Below are positions 62,042 through 64,000 of a stretch of 64,000 bases of DNA, in pieces. This DNA is from a virus. Numbering within the stretch: the first letter of the stretch is position 1; every line of letters begins with the position of its first letter. The notes under the pieces were generated by a model. It saw only the letters and a list, made by a program, of their open reading frames with translations, made no database searches and was not told the origin of the DNA. The translations under genes and the position numbers were made by a program. The stretch is from positions 1 to 64,000 of the IMG/VR virus record IMGVR_UViG_3300033153_009397. One strand, written 5' to 3'.

Positions 62042-62968
62042 TTATTCTATGGAAATTTTTGGTAGTTCCTCCAGCTCTACAGTGCCATAACTAAACTCTG
62101 GGCAATCTTGTACTCTATCACATACAATACATAATCCCTTTATTCCTACTTCTTTGTTTCCATGATTGTAAGCAAGATTTCTTGGGTTGTTGTGTATCTT
62201 CCAAGCTTTGAGCCACTTGTTTAAGTCAACGTTATATTTCTTAAGCTCATATTTATATCCTCCAAAGATGGCACAAAGTGTTACGGGCTTACCTTCATCA
62301 TGCCAATATGGTGCTTCATTAAATATTCCCATGTCAGCCATGTCTTTATATAATTGGTGGTTAGTAAACTCCCAATAGTAGCCACTTAGTTGAATAGAAT
62401 GACTGAGGAGACCTCGTTTGCTGGTTTTCCAGTCCAGAATAACTGTTCTCCACCCTTTTTGGGTTTTCCATTTAGCTATACAATCTATTGTTCCAACGAT
62501 ACTTTTATTTTCATCTATTGTTCCATCTGGATTTCTTTTTATAATTACCATCCTTTTTTCTAAGAATAGTGGTACGAAATTATTTTTATTATCACTATAG
62601 AACTGCATAAAGTTCTCAAAACAGTGGTCTATTGACTTAACGAAGTACTTGTATCTCGTAGGACTTTTTCGGAGCTTTGTGAATAGTTTCTGTTGATGTA
62701 AATCCAGTTTTAAAACGGGTTTAGGTATGTCCATTATGGCTGCCATATATCCTTCTATTCTATGGTGAGTAATAGTTCCTCTAAGTGCTGCTACGTTGAA
62801 CCTCAGAGGCGGACTTAGACCTTCAAGTGAGGGGTCTTTCATCTTTTTTCTGTGTTCCTTATCTAACCTAGCATACATCTCGCATTCATAAGAGTTAGAT
62901 ATCTCTGTAGTTCTGTTGAGAAGATATTCTCTACCTTTCTCTGTGTATCTATAAGGCAAAATGTTCAC
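62042..62968 (-). CDS. PD-(D/E)xK (Cas4/RecB-like) nuclease
   Basis: GTITH, GTID, DWKT, QLSGY; Cys cluster (one N-terminal Cys plus CxxC..C). Confidence 0.8.
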   Translation of the reverse strand: MNILPYRYTEKGREYLLNRTTEISNSYECEMYARLDKEHRKKMKDPSLEGLSPPLRFNVAALRGTITHHRIEGYMAAIMDIPKPVLKLDLHQQKLFTKLRKSPTRYKYFVKSIDHCFENFMQFYSDNKNNFVPLFLEKRMVIIKRNPDGTIDENKSIVGTIDCIAKWKTQKGWRTVILDWKTSKRGLLSHSIQLSGYYWEFTNHQLYKDMADMGIFNEAPYWHDEGKPVTLCAIFGGYKYELKKYNVDLNKWLKAWKIHNNPRNLAYNHGNKEVGIKGLCIVCDRVQDCPEFSYGTVELEELPKISIE

Positions 62969-63846
62969 TCTGCTTTTGCGGCTCTGACTTTTGCCATTTT
63001 TTCTTTGTTAATAAGACTAATTTTTTCTCTGGCAGCAAGTACAATAGCTGGATAACCTTCAGCTTCTGCTTGTTTCATTATACTTTTCAAGGCTTTAATA
63101 CTTCTACTTCTTTGTATTGATTGATACATAAACTCTCTATTTTCTTCATCTTCATCCTCATCAATTATTGCTTCTTCCATATCTATTACTGATGGTGATG
63201 TTGGTAGTATTTGTTCTGGTGTTTGTATTTGTTTCAGTACATCTTTCACACTGGGATAAGGTCTATTTTCTATCACTGAAGGAGGCATAGTATGGCTTTT
63301 TTGGACTTGAGGAATTGCTACTGAAGGAGGTACTTCATCTCCTTCCTCATTCGTTGTTACTACTGGCATTTTTGGATATTGTATCTTTGAACGAACCAAT
63401 TTATCATCCTCTATTTTGCTAGGAAGAATATCTTTTTCTGTTAAGGGCCGGCCTATTTGCGTCATTTGATGTTGTCGAGCTTTATCTGCTGAAGTAATTG
63501 CCTTTGTCACATCAGCAACTGAAGCATATTCTCTAGGTATTTTAGTAGGTTGTTCCTCTATAGATATTGGTGGTCTTTTTTGTAAATCTAATTTTTGTTC
63601 TATTTTGATTGAAGCTCTTCGAGTTATTTCTTCTTCTCGCTTCATTCTTTCTGCCTCTTCCAATGTTAGTTGTGTTTGTGTTTTATAGAGGTCCAATTCA
63701 TATTTTCTCATAGGATTTCTTTTACAATTCATTTGAAAACAGATACCTTGAGATAACGGCTCATTTGTCACTGTATGTCTTGCTGGAATATAATTTATGC
63801 ATTTTCTGTAAAGTTCACATTGACTCATGTATATCAATACTATCAA
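62965..63846 (-). CDS. Hypothetical protein with a Cys-rich N-terminus and Pro-rich linker
   Basis: ORF track; TATA at about 63860. Confidence 0.55.
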   Translation of the reverse strand: MIVLIYMSQCELYRKCINYIPARHTVTNEPLSQGICFQMNCKRNPMRKYELDLYKTQTQLTLEEAERMKREEEITRRASIKIEQKLDLQKRPPISIEEQPTKIPREYASVADVTKAITSADKARQHQMTQIGRPLTEKDILPSKIEDDKLVRSKIQYPKMPVVTTNEEGDEVPPSVAIPQVQKSHTMPPSVIENRPYPSVKDVLKQIQTPEQILPTSPSVIDMEEAIIDEDEDEENREFMYQSIQRSRSIKALKSIMKQAEAEGYPAIVLAAREKISLINKEKMAKVRAAKAE

Positions 63847-64000
63847 ACGTTTTGTTGGTTTTAAACATTTTGGTAGAGAAAAATAAAAAGAAAAAATAGA
63901 TTAAATCTTATGTTGGAGGTTGTTCTGGTTCGGGTTGAGGGTCCTCTTCGACAATCTTAAACAAAGGATTGCTCAGTAATTCTTTAATAGATGCTTCGAG

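Larger units (their letters stand above)
1..64000. mobile_element. Fragment of a tailed archaeal virus genome (myovirus-like Caudoviricetes)
   Basis: Portal-protease-MCP-neck-sheath-tube-chaperone-TMP gene order; viral replication module; dense small ORFs; archaeal TATA and GGTGA signals; no cellular housekeeping genes. Confidence 0.93.

Noticed and set aside
62042-62968. Cas4 as part of a CRISPR-Cas locus
   Set aside because: No other cas genes or array; solo Cas4-like nucleases are common in archaeal viruses

Overview
AT-rich 64 kb segment of a tailed archaeal dsDNA virus (Caudoviricetes, contractile tail). The host is probably TACK or Asgard, inferred from a PolB1-type polymerase, TTTAAA[T/A] TATA boxes about 29-32 nt before leaderless starts, and GGTGA Shine-Dalgarno sites. 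Layout: 1-17.4 kb (minus strand) is the morphogenesis module (portal, prohead protease/scaffold, HK97-type MCP, neck, sheath, tube, chaperone, tape measure), interrupted by two GT4 glycosyltransferases and a sulfotransferase-like gene. 17.5-26.3 kb holds accessory genes. 26.4-40.5 kb holds leftward operons of small ORFs, four of them with a repeated AAGGAAAC element upstream of the promoter. 40.6-64 kb holds replication, recombination and regulation genes: intein-containing PolB, a PriS-PriL-SF2 helicase fusion, Ro60/TROVE, an AAA ATPase, a PD-(D/E)xK nuclease and a membrane-anchored receiver protein. Main observations: (1) an intein whose LAGLIDADG endonuclease is a separate gene overprinted in the +1 frame, using the intein GD codons as its ribosome-binding site; (2) a hairpin RNA with its own TATA box whose loop is antisense to ATGACCGA, found at the start codon of seven viral ORFs including PolB and the primase-helicase; (3) Ro60 bracketed by two covarying Y-like RNAs; (4) S-G-[S/T] motifs concentrated in outer virion proteins next to glycosyl- and sulfotransferase genes. 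I did not see a terminase, integrase, tRNA or CRISPR array. All calls come from reading motifs by eye; no database searches were run.
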